This document shows, one piece after another, positions 1 through 10,790 of a stretch of DNA of 64,000 nucleotides. Source of the DNA: Chloroflexota bacterium (GTDB lineage Bacteria > Chloroflexota > Anaerolineae > Anaerolineales > UBA11579); assembly GCA_023485685.1 (NCBI GenBank), contig JAMCZK010000038.1, positions 1,594 to 65,593 on the forward strand, written 5' to 3'. The notes below the pieces were generated by a model, which saw only the letters and a program-made list of their open reading frames with translations, ran no database searches and was not told the origin of the DNA. The stretch's first letter is position 1. Every line of letters starts with the position of its first letter. A program made the translations under genes and the position numbers.

Positions 1-53
1 TAGGCGCCCTTGTCGGAATGACATACGAAGGATTATTTTACGTCACCGAAAAC

Positions 54-95
54 AAAACGGGGCATCTGATAAATCAGGATGCCCCGAATTTTTTA
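54..95 (-). terminator. Probable rho-independent terminator after the PT-rich protein gene
   Basis: Hairpin cggggcatc...gatgccccg flanked by A and T runs, just past the stop at 111. Confidence 0.6.
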
Positions 96-110
96 TCCAA
101 CCCGGCTGAC

Positions 111-2228
111 TCAGTCCTCGTATTCCTCTTCTTCTTCCTCGTCCTCAGGGCTGCGGTCCATCTTGATACCGATGCCGAGCAGGATGAGGGCGAAGCCGAA
201 GATGCCGAGGCCCAGATTGAGGAACATGCTGTCCCGGAAGATGGCGGGCAACTCGATGCCGGTGACCGGGATCAGTACTTCGGGCGTGGAGGTCGGCGTC
301 GGCGTCGGGCTGGGTTGCTCGCCGCAAGCCACGCCACTGTTAGTCCCGGTGATAGTCTTGGTGGCGCCATCCACGGGGTCGATCCACATGATGGCCAGCG
401 TGTTGGGCAGCAGCCCGTCGATCGGCTGGTCAAAGTTGACGACGCTGTTGGCGGGCACTACCAGCGGGCCGCCGGAGGCAGATCCGCCCACCACCCACCA
501 GACGATGTTCACTGGGTAGGCATTGGCGTTGCTTACCTGCCAGTTCAGCGCGACGCCTGGGTTGTTGGTGCACGGACCGAAGAGTGTCAGGCCACCGGTT
601 ACCGGGATGAATACAGTGGCTGTAGGTGTGAAGGTGAAGGTAGCCGTTGGCGTGTTGGACGGTGTAAAGGTGCTTGATGGCGTAAAGGTAATGGACGGGG
701 TCAGCGACGCGGTTGGGGTGTTGCTCGGAGTAAATGTATTGGTCGGCGTATTGGTAGGAGTGAAGGTATTGGTTGATGTCGGCGTATTGCTGGGTGTCGG
801 CGTGAAAGTTGGCGTGTTGCTCGGCGTCGGGGTATGTGAAGGAGTAAGTGTATTGGTAGGCGTATTGGAGGGGGTCGGCGTGTTCGACGACGTGGGTGTG
901 TTCGACGGGGTGAACGTGTTGGTCGGCGTCGAGGTGCTGGACGGCGTTGGCGTCGGGCTCAATGTTCCCGTGGGTGTATTAGTCGAGGTGGATGTATTCG
1001 TCGGCGTTGGAGTATTGCTTGGCGTCGGCGTGTTGGTTGGAGTATCAGTGGGCGTGTGTGTGTTGGTAGGCGTTGGCGTGTTGCTCGGCGTAGGTGTGTT
1101 AGTCGGCGTATTGGATGGTGTGGGAGTGTTCGACGGCGTTGGCGTATTGGATGGCGTGAACGTACTCGTCGGCGTATTGGTCGGCGTGTGAGTATTAGTT
1201 GGCGTCGGCGTATTGCTTGGCGTCAAAGTGTTCGTCGGAGTGTTGGTAGGCGTGAAGGTATTAGTCGGCGTCGGTGTGTTACTGGGTGTCGGCGTGAAAG
1301 TTGGCGTGTTGCTCGGCGTCGGGGTATTGCTGGGTGTCGGCGTGAAGGTCGGTGTATTGCTCGGGGTCGGGGTGTTCGACGAAGTGGGTGTATTGGTAGG
1401 CGTGTTCGTTGGAGTCGGATACCCGTAGCAGAAGGTGACGTGACTCAACCCATAAGGCTGACCATTGTTGGGATTAATTGGGGCATGCAACCCGGTATCT
1501 GAAGTGGCAGGCGGCGAATAAGTGTAAATGTTTACGCTAGGACCGCCTTTGACAATCACGGCGTTTATTCCAAGAGTTGCGCTCCAGTCGAAGTAGGCGC
1601 CGCTCACGGAAAGCGTCACAGAATAACCGTTGCCAAGATCATAGGTGCCGCTGTTAACCGGCTCGATCTTCTTTCCCACCGGACCATAACCTAAATCCAC
1701 GCAACTGGGATTGAATTCGGTCGGGGTAATCGACGGAGTAGGAGTATTGGTCGGGGTATTGCTGGGAGTGGGGGTGTTCGATGGCGTAGGGGTGTTCAAC
1801 GATGTGGGTGTATTACTCACCGTCGGCGTATTGGTTGGCGAGTTCGTCTTTGTAGGCGTACTCGTAGGCGTTTTGGTTGGACTTGGTGTCATGGTTGGTT
1901 CAGGTGTATTAGTTGGTTTTGGGGTCTCAGTTGGCTTTGGGATCTCAGTCGGCGAAGGAGTCTGACAGTGATCCTCATTCACGCCCCCTTTAGAAGGGCC
2001 GTGTTCCTCGCAGTCTTTCCCACTGGCAGGCGCCGGGTCTGTGCGGCACGGTTCCCCGTTATTGCCATGCGCACATTCGCCTTGCCCAGGCGGGGCAGTC
2101 GTCGGAGACAGATCAGTCCCAGCTGTGGCAGAAAAAAATTGAACAACAAGCAAAACAGAAACCAGGCCAAAAGCGGCCAAAGCTATCAATCCGAAATTTA
2201 AGAACTTGGTGAAGGAGAGCTGTTTCAT
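111..2228 (-). CDS. Secreted Thr/Pro-repeat surface (glyco)protein with IPVTG sorting-like motif and C-terminal TM
   Basis: N-terminal hydrophobic segment, long TPTPSNTP repeats, globular Cys-containing domains, IPVTG followed by a hydrophobic helix. Confidence 0.85.
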   Translation of the reverse strand: MKQLSFTKFLNFGLIALAAFGLVSVLLVVQFFSATAGTDLSPTTAPPGQGECAHGNNGEPCRTDPAPASGKDCEEHGPSKGGVNEDHCQTPSPTEIPKPTETPKPTNTPEPTMTPSPTKTPTSTPTKTNSPTNTPTVSNTPTSLNTPTPSNTPTPSNTPTNTPTPSITPTEFNPSCVDLGYGPVGKKIEPVNSGTYDLGNGYSVTLSVSGAYFDWSATLGINAVIVKGGPSVNIYTYSPPATSDTGLHAPINPNNGQPYGLSHVTFCYGYPTPTNTPTNTPTSSNTPTPSNTPTFTPTPSNTPTPSNTPTFTPTPSNTPTPTNTFTPTNTPTNTLTPSNTPTPTNTHTPTNTPTSTFTPSNTPTPSNTPTPSNTPTNTPTPSNTPTPTNTHTPTDTPTNTPTPSNTPTPTNTSTSTNTPTGTLSPTPTPSSTSTPTNTFTPSNTPTSSNTPTPSNTPTNTLTPSHTPTPSNTPTFTPTPSNTPTSTNTFTPTNTPTNTFTPSNTPTASLTPSITFTPSSTFTPSNTPTATFTFTPTATVFIPVTGGLTLFGPCTNNPGVALNWQVSNANAYPVNIVWWVVGGSASGGPLVVPANSVVNFDQPIDGLLPNTLAIMWIDPVDGATKTITGTNSGVACGEQPSPTPTPTSTPEVLIPVTGIELPAIFRDSMFLNLGLGIFGFALILLGIGIKMDRSPEDEEEEEEYED

Positions 2229-3032
2229 TTATTCCGCCGCCAACTGGTACCCGTAACGAGTCTTGTTCAAAATCAACTCAGGCTTGCCGGGGTTTTTCTC
2301 CATCTTCTGCCGCAGTAAATACACAATCCACTTGATGCGTTCACGAATCTTTTCGTTGTCGTCTCCCCAAACCTCTTTCGCCAACATCTCATAAGAAACG
2401 GGCTTGGGATGTTGCCTGGCCAGCACTTCGAGCACGGCGAATTCACGCGGGGTCAAATCAATCAGGCGCTCGCGATAGGTGACCTGGCGTGTTTCCAAAT
2501 CCAGGGAGAGACCGTTGTCCGGAAAGACTAATTTGGATACCGGCGTCTTAGGCCCCGAGCGGCGCAGAGCGGCCTCCACGCGGGCCACGACTTCGTCGCC
2601 GATGAATGGCTTGGCGACGTAATCATCGGCGCCCTCCCTCAGTCCACGTACCACGCTTTCTTTTTGCGTCAGGGCCGAGAGGATGATGATGGGCGCGTCG
2701 GTGATGGCGCGCAGTTGGCTTAGCGTCTCCCAGCCGTCCATCTGTGGCATCATCAGATCCAGCAGGACGATATTGGGGTTGGTTTCCATCCACTTGCGGA
2801 TGGCCTGTTTGCCATCCATGGCGCCCACGACGTTCATACCGGCGCGGCGCAAGGTGAGCTTGAGTAAATCCAGCGTGTCAGGATCGTCTTCGACGACCAG
2901 CACCACGCGCTGGTCGCCCAGTTCCTGGACAGTGTCCAAGTCCAAGCCGGCGGCCTGGACCGCGCCGTTTGAGCCAAATGCGCCTGTAAGTTCCTTTTCG
3001 GCTGCCATTCTTGTATTTACGATCGTTACCAA
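2229..3032 (-). CDS. OmpR/PhoB-family response regulator
   Basis: VLVVEDD...LLDLMMPQMDG...GADDYVAKPF receiver domain plus winged helix (LTPREFAVL, YGYQL). Confidence 0.95.
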   Translation of the reverse strand: MVTIVNTRMAAEKELTGAFGSNGAVQAAGLDLDTVQELGDQRVVLVVEDDPDTLDLLKLTLRRAGMNVVGAMDGKQAIRKWMETNPNIVLLDLMMPQMDGWETLSQLRAITDAPIIILSALTQKESVVRGLREGADDYVAKPFIGDEVVARVEAALRRSGPKTPVSKLVFPDNGLSLDLETRQVTYRERLIDLTPREFAVLEVLARQHPKPVSYEMLAKEVWGDDNEKIRERIKWIVYLLRQKMEKNPGKPELILNKTRYGYQLAAE

Positions 3033-3228
3033 ATCTTTCCTTTTTGCAAAGAACCCCCCATATAAGGGAGGATCATCGAAAATTAGCTTATATCTGGCGA
3101 TAATTTCTACTAATTTTCAACTGTTTTTCGACTATTTCTAACCAACATAATACCATAAACTTGCGAAAATGCAAGGTGTTAGCTGAATTGCTTGCAATTT
3201 TTTAAGGTGAAAGCAGGGTGAGCCAGAT

Positions 3229-4458
3229 TTATTCTTCTAGTGAAACGACTGGTTTGTTGCCGCCCCCGTAGATTTGGTCGGGGTCGTAATTCAAGGCAAG
3301 CTCCCCATTTCCGGTCACATTGAGTGTGTTGACAATCAGCTGGGCATTCAAGACCGTATTGGCGCCGTTTCCGGTTAAATTCCCCGTGGAAAGGGCCCCA
3401 TAGATCGTTCCGGTGGTGCTGACCATTCCGTTGCCTGTGATTGAAATTGTGCTGACATTGGCCTGAGCCATAAACAGCATCATTCCCTGATAGTCGCCGG
3501 ACGCTGGGGCGCTGATGTCGAAATTCCCATTTCCGCTAATGCTGAAATCACCATCTTCCATATAGATCATGACTTCATTTGCAGTTAAGCTCGCATTGCC
3601 CGAAACACTGAAATTGCCGCCATCCACATAATAGATCCCCGGATTCAAGGTCAGAATTGCATTGCCCGACGCAGAGATCGAACAATACAATCCGGGATCG
3701 ATGGTGGCTGAATTGTTCGAGCCGATGGAAAAAGAGGTGCAGCTTCCGCCGGGTTTGAGCGGCGCAGCCAGCCCGCTGAGGGGATCACCCAATGCCGGGG
3801 CGCCGGTGGTCGGCGTGGGATCGAAATCGGCATTCCCCGTGGTTCGCACCCCTCCCACAATGGAGATGGACGTAGCCGCGTTCACTTGCGCATTGCCGGT
3901 GGCGCAGGCGGCGCTGGTGAAATTGTTCGAGTCGACCTGGATACCGCCACCGTTCACCGTGATGCTGCCGTTGCCCGTGGCGTTGAATGCGCAGGAATTA
4001 TCGCTGTCCAAAACGATGATGCCGTTATTCCCTCCGGGCGGGCCGCCGGCCCCGGAACAATGCCCTACAGCGCGCGCCGAAGCTTCAAGCAGACCTGGAT
4101 AAATAACTTGCGAAAAGGCCCCATCGACACTTGAAGTAATGATCACCTCAATAAATTCGTCATCGCCTGCCTTGGGGCCGGAAAGCGGCGGATGGTTTAT
4201 TTCCACCGTATTGGTGGCGCCATCATTATTGAACCCGTTGTCGCCGGCGGAATCCAATGCCGCCGCATTGGGATCGGCGCCTAAACAGAGCGCCAGGGCA
4301 GCCGCCAGGGCAGAGTTATCCGCGCCGTTTTGGGTAGTGCGTCGCGCAGCGTACAGTCTGGTGCCATCCACTACAACCGCGGCAACCCCAAAGATGGCAA
4401 TAAGCAACAAGGCAATGATTATGATTACTTGCCCGTTTTCTTTCTTCCTGTAATTCAT
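3229..4458 (-). CDS. TadG-like (Tad domain) pilus-associated protein with Gly/Asn-rich beta-helix-like C-terminus
   Basis: ENGQVIII...VVDG...QNGADNSALAAA N-terminal Tad motif; repeated xxGNG units. Confidence 0.85.
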   Translation of the reverse strand: MNYRKKENGQVIIIIALLLIAIFGVAAVVVDGTRLYAARRTTQNGADNSALAAALALCLGADPNAAALDSAGDNGFNNDGATNTVEINHPPLSGPKAGDDEFIEVIITSSVDGAFSQVIYPGLLEASARAVGHCSGAGGPPGGNNGIIVLDSDNSCAFNATGNGSITVNGGGIQVDSNNFTSAACATGNAQVNAATSISIVGGVRTTGNADFDPTPTTGAPALGDPLSGLAAPLKPGGSCTSFSIGSNNSATIDPGLYCSISASGNAILTLNPGIYYVDGGNFSVSGNASLTANEVMIYMEDGDFSISGNGNFDISAPASGDYQGMMLFMAQANVSTISITGNGMVSTTGTIYGALSTGNLTGNGANTVLNAQLIVNTLNVTGNGELALNYDPDQIYGGGNKPVVSLEE

Positions 4459-4620
4459 GGATTCTCTTAGAATAGGGTAAATTCTACATGAAAATTTTAG
4501 CTATCAATCTTGTTAGTACCTATCAACCAAAAGTACTACCTGGCCTCAGCCAAATCCTTGACCGCCCTTTTAAAGGATTGCCCCAACCCCAGAGGCTTGA
4601 GCGTTTTTTGTTCGCGGAGA

Positions 4621-5841
4621 TTAATCGACGAGGCTGACAGTAGCAGGGGGTGTGACGTTCAAGCCCGGGTCGTAGTTGACCACGACGCTGCTGTTGCCGC
4701 CCAATCGGATCGTGTCGGCGATGATCATGGAACTGAGATTGTTGACCGCACCATTGCCCGAAAGGTCTAGAAATGAACTAGGGGCATAGATGGTCCCCAC
4801 GGCATTCCAGGTAGCATTGCCGGTCATACTGATGGACTGGGTAAAAGCCCGATCTGCATAGAAAAGCATCCCGGCATAACCAGGGTCGCCGCAAGACGAG
4901 ATAGTACAGCCTGAAATATTCACGTTTGCATTGCCGGTCATATCTACAGCTCCGGCGGTGGGGCTCAGGTATATCATTACGCCAGAGCCCGTGATGGTGC
5001 TGTTGGAAGTCACCGCGAAACTACCCGGGCCATCAATGTAATAAATCCCGGGGTTCAAGACAAAGCTCACGTTACTGTCTCCAACGATTTCGCAATACAA
5101 GCCGGGGTTAAGCGTAATGGTTTGGCTGCCACTGTAATTGGCATTGATGCAAGTGCCCCCAGGGTTCGTTGGCGGGGGAACCGAAGCTAGCGGATCAGGG
5201 ACAGGCGGTATGCCGGCCACCGGCGCCGGCACGCAGCCGCTGCAGGACGTACCTCCATTGGCATGAATATCATCGGCAGAGATACTTCCACTGCCATCTT
5301 CATAAATGGACTGAGTGGGATGGCCGGAATTGGACATGATGGCCCCATTATTAACATCCAAATTGCCGTCGCCAACCACCTCGATGCCTCTCACCGTCGT
5401 ATCGGTGTTCAAAGCGAGCACCGCATAATCAAAACTCTTGCGACAGCGGGCTACGGCGCGCGTGGTGACTTCCAGGCTGCTCTGGCCGATCAACTGCGAA
5501 AAGAACGTATCGCGAACGCTATGGATAATGACTTCCGCATATTCATTGTCACCGGCGTTGGGGCCGCCGGCAGGCGGGTTATGCATCACCACCGTATTCG
5601 TAGCGCCGTTATTATCGAAGCCATTGTCAGCCGCAGAAGCCAAAGCCGCCGCGCCGGGAACGCTATTTTTGCATAAGGCCTGGGCAGCAGCCAGGGCGGC
5701 GTTATCCGCAGCATTTTGCGCTGTGCGGCGCTCCGCAAATAATTGCCCGCCATCCACAGCCAGGGCAACCAAAGCCACGATAGCCGACAGACCCAGAATG
5801 ATGAATATAAGGACCTGCCCCTTCTCGGATCTGAGGCTCAT
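4621..5841 (-). CDS. TadG-like protein, paralog of 3229..4458
   Basis: EKGQVLI...AVDGG...AQNAADNAALAAA; shared FxNNGATNTV..HxPP..GP motif and VSLxx end. Confidence 0.85.
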   Translation of the reverse strand: MSLRSEKGQVLIFIILGLSAIVALVALAVDGGQLFAERRTAQNAADNAALAAAQALCKNSVPGAAALASAADNGFDNNGATNTVVMHNPPAGGPNAGDNEYAEVIIHSVRDTFFSQLIGQSSLEVTTRAVARCRKSFDYAVLALNTDTTVRGIEVVGDGNLDVNNGAIMSNSGHPTQSIYEDGSGSISADDIHANGGTSCSGCVPAPVAGIPPVPDPLASVPPPTNPGGTCINANYSGSQTITLNPGLYCEIVGDSNVSFVLNPGIYYIDGPGSFAVTSNSTITGSGVMIYLSPTAGAVDMTGNANVNISGCTISSCGDPGYAGMLFYADRAFTQSISMTGNATWNAVGTIYAPSSFLDLSGNGAVNNLSSMIIADTIRLGGNSSVVVNYDPGLNVTPPATVSLVD

Positions 5842-6308
5842 TCGACGATCACCTCCTGAAGCAGGGTGCGACGGTTGACCGAAGTGATATCAAAAGTAGG
5901 GATGTCGAGTAAAGGTACGAAAGCAGCCGGCGTAAAGTGCCCTACCACCTGCACGACGATCCGGTCTCCGGAAGCCAGATCGTTGGGATTCACGGGGCAA
6001 GTGCCGATGGAGGGGGTGCCTGGACCTCCATCGTAAGAAATCGTGACGTCCGCATCCGCGACCTGGCCGGGGCCGCCAAAGGATTTGGCCACCTCTCTGA
6101 TGCCCGCACAATCCAGGTAATGGGGCGTTCCGCCTCCCGTAGTTCCAAAGGTAAGCGCGTAGCGGCTGGCTTCACGGCTGGCGGTGTACACGGAGGACAA
6201 CACCCACACTACCCGCCCAAATTCGAATAAACCGACAATCACAGCCAGCAAGACCGGGAAGGTCAGGGCAAATTCCACTATATTCTGGCCGCGTTCTTTT
6301 CGTTTCAC
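5838..6308 (-). CDS. tadE: TadE-like minor pilin
   Basis: RGQNIVEFALTFP...EFG...ASREASR prepilin motif; stop overlaps next start. Confidence 0.85.
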   Translation of the reverse strand: MKRKERGQNIVEFALTFPVLLAVIVGLFEFGRVVWVLSSVYTASREASRYALTFGTTGGGTPHYLDCAGIREVAKSFGGPGQVADADVTISYDGGPGTPSIGTCPVNPNDLASGDRIVVQVVGHFTPAAFVPLLDIPTFDITSVNRRTLLQEVIVE

Positions 6309-6695
6309 AGCAAAAATCTAAGCATTCCCAATGCTTCCGCGCAACAAGCTATAGCCAACTTATACGTTGGCTTCCCTAAAGTATAACCATTCCAGATAAA
6401 GGGGCTAGGGGACTTAAGGGCTACGCCACCGGGCCGCAGCACCCCGGGGAAAGTAAAACCACAGGGTCATTACGCGGATCGGGTGTTGGTTAGCCACATC
6501 GAATGGCGAGAAGGCAGCAAGATGATCAACAAATATCTGTTTGGCTCATTTGTGTTCCTTTCCAATTATTTAGCTACCATAGGTTGGCGCAATAGCTGTA
6601 CAATGCTTTGTTTGGAACTACACTGCCGCGATTGCGTATATGCGGGCAATGGGCGGTACACAGCGATGAAAAACATTCCATAAAGGAAAGCAATT

Positions 6696-7646
6696 GTGAG
6701 CGAAACAATCCTCAAAGCCCAAGACCTGCATAAACGATTCGACAAAGTCCACGCCGTGCAAGGCGTGAGCTTCGACATCCGGCAAGGCGAGATCTTTAGC
6801 CTATTGGGGCCCAACGGGGCAGGCAAGACTACTACCATTTCCATGCTTAGCTGCCTGTTGACACCTACCAAAGGCGACGCGCAAATAGACGGTTATTCCG
6901 TGCGGACCCAGGCCGACAAGGTAAAACAAGTCATCGGCGTGGTGCCGCAGGAGATCTCCCTGTACCCGGACCTAAGCGCCCGTGAAAACCTGGCCTTCTG
7001 GGGGCGCATGTATGGCATGGGCGGCGCACAACTCAAAGAACGCATCGAGGCCGTGCTGGATATCGTCGGCCTCAGCCAACGCGCCAAAGAAAAAGTGGAA
7101 ACCTACTCCGGCGGCATGAAGCGGCGCATCAACATCGCCGTAGGCCTGTTGCATCAACCCAAAATCTTATTCATGGACGAGCCCACTGTGGGCATCGACC
7201 CGCAAAGCCGCCGCCGGATTCTGGATACTGTGCTGGAGTTGAATAAAAAGGGGCTCACCGTCCTGTACACCACCCACTATATGGAAGAGGCAGCCGAACT
7301 CAGCCATCGCATCGGCATCATCGATCACGGAAAGCTGATCGCACTGGGCACGCAAGAGGAGCTGACCAGAACGGTGGGCGAATACGACACACTGCACATC
7401 AGTGTCGACGGCAGCAAGACGGATCCTGGTGCATTGGTCGAACCGATCGGGAAGATCAAGGGAGTGCACCGCGCTTCGCTGGAAGACAGCAGTTTCATCA
7501 TTCAGGCAGAGGACGCCAACACGGTGTTGGCCGGGATCATTGCTCAACTCGATAAAGCGGGCGCTCGAGTGCTCAACCTGAGAGTAGATGAACCCAATCT
7601 GGAAGCAGTATTTCTGCACCTGACTGGCCGGGCGTTGCGGGATTGA
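6696..7646 (+). CDS. ABC-2 exporter ATP-binding subunit (DrrA/LnrL-like)
   Basis: GPNGAGKTT, YSGGMKRR, FMDEPT motifs; C-terminal EPNLEAVFLHLTG. Confidence 0.95.
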   Translation: MSETILKAQDLHKRFDKVHAVQGVSFDIRQGEIFSLLGPNGAGKTTTISMLSCLLTPTKGDAQIDGYSVRTQADKVKQVIGVVPQEISLYPDLSARENLAFWGRMYGMGGAQLKERIEAVLDIVGLSQRAKEKVETYSGGMKRRINIAVGLLHQPKILFMDEPTVGIDPQSRRRILDTVLELNKKGLTVLYTTHYMEEAAELSHRIGIIDHGKLIALGTQEELTRTVGEYDTLHISVDGSKTDPGALVEPIGKIKGVHRASLEDSSFIIQAEDANTVLAGIIAQLDKAGARVLNLRVDEPNLEAVFLHLTGRALRD

Positions 7647-7666
7647 CAAAATGATGACCCTCACCT

Positions 7667-7719
7667 TGTCATTGCTTCGCTCCGCGTGCAATGACGGGCG
7701 GGTCTGAGACCCGCCCCAC
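7667..7719. repeat. Short CGTC-type palindrome followed by a GTAG-like REP hairpin
   Basis: gtcattgc...gcaatgacg then gggcgggtctgagacccgcccc, between ABC genes. Confidence 0.65.
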
Positions 7720-7733
7720 CGGATGTTGAACTC

Positions 7734-8990
7734 GTGAAAGTTCTTCGCATCGCCTGGAAAGACACCCTGACGCGCTTTCGCGACCGCAAAGCATTAATCG
7801 GCCTGCTGGCCGCGCCGCTCATCATTTCGGCTCTCATCGGCCTGGCCTTCGGCAATATCAATTTCGGCGGCAGCGAGCCGCCACTTAGCCATATCCCCAT
7901 CATTTTGGTCAATGAAGATGACGGCCAGCTTGGGCAAGTCTACGAAGACGTGCTCACCTCGGATGCGCTCGCGGATCTGCTGGACGTCACAAAAATGGAT
8001 GACCTGCAGGCCGCCCGTATTCAAATCGAGCAAGGCGAGGCTCGCGCGGTGGTGCACATCCCTACCGGGTTCAGCAACCAGATTATTCCGGCATCCACGG
8101 GCGCCAGTGTAGGGCAGGCTTCTATTAAAATTTTTACCGATCCAACCTCCACTGTAGCCCCAGTCATCGTAAAAAGCATCATTGAGCAGATCAGCGCGGG
8201 GATCAACACCGTCAACCTAGCTGCTGAGATCAGCGCCCAGCAGGCCATGGAGTATGCAGGCATCCTGGGACCCGAACTGGCGCGATTGGCGGAGATCCTG
8301 CCGGAGGAATTGAGCCAGGAAAACTTCGATTTCGAGACACAGAAACTGAGCCTAAACAAATCTCAGGTGGGCGAAGTGCAGCAAGACATCAACGCTTTTG
8401 CCTACTTCGTGCCGGGTATGGCGGTCTACTTCCTGATGTTCTCGATGTTCGGCGGTGCGCGTTCAATCCTTGACGAGGAAAGCCGCGGCACCCTGCCGCG
8501 CTTGATGACCACTCCCACCCCTATCAGCGAGATCATCCTGGGCAAAATGGGAGGCACTTTCCTAACCGGGGTGCTGCAATTCACGATCCTCATGCTGGCA
8601 TCTCGTTATATTTTTCAGTTGAGTTGGGGCAATTCGCTCCTCGGGCTGGCGATGATTGTGCTCCTCACCGTGTTCGCCGCTAGCGGATTGGGCGCCCTGC
8701 TGACCAGCTTCACCAGGAACCAATTGCAGGCGAACGTTGTGGGAATGACGGTTTCCCTTGTGTTCGGCGCGCTGGGCGGTTCGTTCTTCTCGACACAAAA
8801 TCTCACCGGCGCTTTGGATTTCGCCAGCCGCCTCACCATTAATCGCTGGGCCATGGATGGGCTGACCAAGCTGACCATTTCAGGCGCTGGATTCAACGAG
8901 GTTCTCACTGAGGCCGCGGTACTGGGCGTCATTGGCCTGGTCACCTATGCCCTGGCCATTCCCGCCTTTCAGCGCCGCTTTGTGAAATAA
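7734..8990 (+). CDS. ABC-2 exporter permease
   Basis: N-terminal TM, extracytoplasmic loop, EESRGTLPRLMTTP, multiple C-terminal TMs. Confidence 0.9.
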   Translation: MKVLRIAWKDTLTRFRDRKALIGLLAAPLIISALIGLAFGNINFGGSEPPLSHIPIILVNEDDGQLGQVYEDVLTSDALADLLDVTKMDDLQAARIQIEQGEARAVVHIPTGFSNQIIPASTGASVGQASIKIFTDPTSTVAPVIVKSIIEQISAGINTVNLAAEISAQQAMEYAGILGPELARLAEILPEELSQENFDFETQKLSLNKSQVGEVQQDINAFAYFVPGMAVYFLMFSMFGGARSILDEESRGTLPRLMTTPTPISEIILGKMGGTFLTGVLQFTILMLASRYIFQLSWGNSLLGLAMIVLLTVFAASGLGALLTSFTRNQLQANVVGMTVSLVFGALGGSFFSTQNLTGALDFASRLTINRWAMDGLTKLTISGAGFNEVLTEAAVLGVIGLVTYALAIPAFQRRFVK

Positions 8991-8991
8991 G

Positions 8992-10224
8992 ATGTTGCGC
9001 AAAATCTTTGCCATTGCCGCGTTGCACCTCAAGACCACGTATCAAAGCCGCTCCGCGTTACTTTTCGGCTTGGCCATGCCGGTTGTTTTCACCCTGGTGA
9101 TCGGAGCGGCGATAGGCCAGCAAGAAGGCCCAGCGGCAGAGGCCTGGGAATTATTTGTAGTCAATGAGGATCGCGGCGAGTTGGGCTCACAGTTGGTTCA
9201 GAATCTCGAAGCTAATCCAGTTCTCGAAGTGAGGTTGGAAGACGCAGAAACCACCCGCGCCGAACTGGATGCGGAGGAAATCTCTGCCGGTCTGTTCATC
9301 CCGGAAGACTTCAGCGCCCGTCTGTTGGACGGAGAATCGCTTTCCCTTGATTTCATCGCCAACATAAAGGATGCTTTATCGGGCCAGGTGGTGGAGCAGG
9401 CTGTACAAGCTGCGCTCAACGAATTGGCCAGTTCGATAGACATTGCCGCTGCCAGCTTGCGAGTCGCCACACGCCTGGGCCTTTTCGAACCCGGTTTGGC
9501 AGGCGCGCCGAGCGAGGCTGATTACCAGCGAGAAGCAATCGACTCTGCTCGGGCTCGCATGCAATCGGGTCCGCCGATCACGGTGCAAGCCATACAGCAA
9601 ACTCAACGGAAAGAACCCGGGGACGCCATCCCGCTCGGGTTCAACCAATCCTCGCCAGGAATAGCAGTCATCTTCGCCATGTTCTTCGTCATGGCGGGAA
9701 CCAGCTCCCTCGTCGTGGAGCGCGAACGAGGAACCCTATCCCGCCTAATGACTGCCCCGGTGAGCAAAGGCATCATCATGGCTGGCAAGCTGCTGGGGGT
9801 TTACATCTCCGCCAGCGTCCAATTCGCCATCATGGTGCTTTTCGGGGTTTTCGCGCTTGGCGTCGATTGGGGGGCCGAGCCGCCGGGAATCATCCTTATG
9901 ATCCTGGCATTCACCTTCAGCATCACCGGCTTGGGGATTCTGGTGGCTTCTATGGTTCGCACATCCAGCCAGATCGACGCGGTAAGCACCATATTGATCA
10001 TGCCGCTGGCCGGGCTGGGCGGCGCTATGTGGCCGCTGGAGATCGTGCCGCAATGGATGCAGCAGCTCGCCGTATTCCTGCCCAGTGGCCTGGCGATGCG
10101 CGGCTTCCACGACCTCATCACCCGCGGCTTGGGATTGCAGGATGTGCTATTGGAGGCCGGAGCGCTGGTGGCGTTTGGAGTTGTATTCTTGGCTGTCGGG
10201 GCGTGGCGATTCAAGTACGAATAA
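8992..10224 (+). CDS. ABC-2 exporter permease
   Basis: ERERGTLSRLMTAP, GGAMWPLEIVP motifs; 1 nt from previous stop. Confidence 0.9.
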   Translation: MLRKIFAIAALHLKTTYQSRSALLFGLAMPVVFTLVIGAAIGQQEGPAAEAWELFVVNEDRGELGSQLVQNLEANPVLEVRLEDAETTRAELDAEEISAGLFIPEDFSARLLDGESLSLDFIANIKDALSGQVVEQAVQAALNELASSIDIAAASLRVATRLGLFEPGLAGAPSEADYQREAIDSARARMQSGPPITVQAIQQTQRKEPGDAIPLGFNQSSPGIAVIFAMFFVMAGTSSLVVERERGTLSRLMTAPVSKGIIMAGKLLGVYISASVQFAIMVLFGVFALGVDWGAEPPGIILMILAFTFSITGLGILVASMVRTSSQIDAVSTILIMPLAGLGGAMWPLEIVPQWMQQLAVFLPSGLAMRGFHDLITRGLGLQDVLLEAGALVAFGVVFLAVGAWRFKYE

Positions 10225-10380
10225 TGCTGGTTTACTTCCCCTTCACTGCATTTGAAGAAGGTGGGTATATTGGTCAGTACGAATTGGCTTAAAATATCGC
10301 GCGCTGGAAATGGATGAAGGCTTGCTCTGGTTCTGGATCAGGACTCATGCCGAATATGACAGGATGCGGGAATAGCAAGC

Positions 10381-10438
10381 GCCTTGCGAAGGTTGGACTT
10401 GTAATCACCACTGCCTTAAAACAAACCTTCGCAAGGCT
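10381..10438. repeat. Inverted pair of ACCTT(GC/CG)GAAGG-type mini-palindromes
   Basis: gccttgcgaaggtt ... aaccttcgcaaggc; same motif recurs at about 53597-53656. Confidence 0.55.
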
Positions 10439-10535
10439 GACTTTCGCTCTACTGCTGGCCCTGCTGCTGGCCGCCTGCAGCCCGGCTGCCGTGCCCGCGG
10501 CTCCTCCCTTCCAGAATTGGCTATAATGAGCGGAA

Positions 10536-10790
10536 ATGAGCAACGATAAAAAAACAAAGGTTTTGGAATATAACGCCATCTTTACTCAAGAAGAAGAGGG
10601 TGGCTATTCGGTGCACGTTCCCGATTTACCGGGTTGTTATTCGCAAGGCGAAACGTTTGAAGAGGCCAAGGCGAATATTAGCGAGGCTATTGAGCTTTAC
10701 CTGGAGGGCGCCGACGAAGCGCTTTATCACATACCGGAAAAGACCAGAAGAGAATTTATGGCTCCGGTTTCAGTGCGCATCATTGAGTAA
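10536..10790 (+). CDS. hicB: HicB-family antitoxin (short, no DNA-binding domain)
   Basis: EEGGYSVHVPDLPGCYSQGETFEEAKANISEAIELYL. Confidence 0.9.
   Translation: MSNDKKTKVLEYNAIFTQEEEGGYSVHVPDLPGCYSQGETFEEAKANISEAIELYLEGADEALYHIPEKTRREFMAPVSVRIIE

Noticed and set aside
523-1965. Val/Gly-rich + strand ORFs
   Set aside because: Antisense shadows of the Thr/Pro repeat gene
6440-6500. c-di-GMP-I riboswitch (gtaaaaccacagggtc resembles part of the motif)
   Set aside because: No convincing GAAA-tetraloop P2 or P1 pairing, and wrong strand for the tad genes; an Infernal search would settle it
6490-6549. Tiny Cys-rich minus-strand ORF with in-frame TGA (MSQTDIC*SSCCLLAIRCG) as a selenopeptide
   Set aside because: Too short, no recognisable SECIS, compatible with chance
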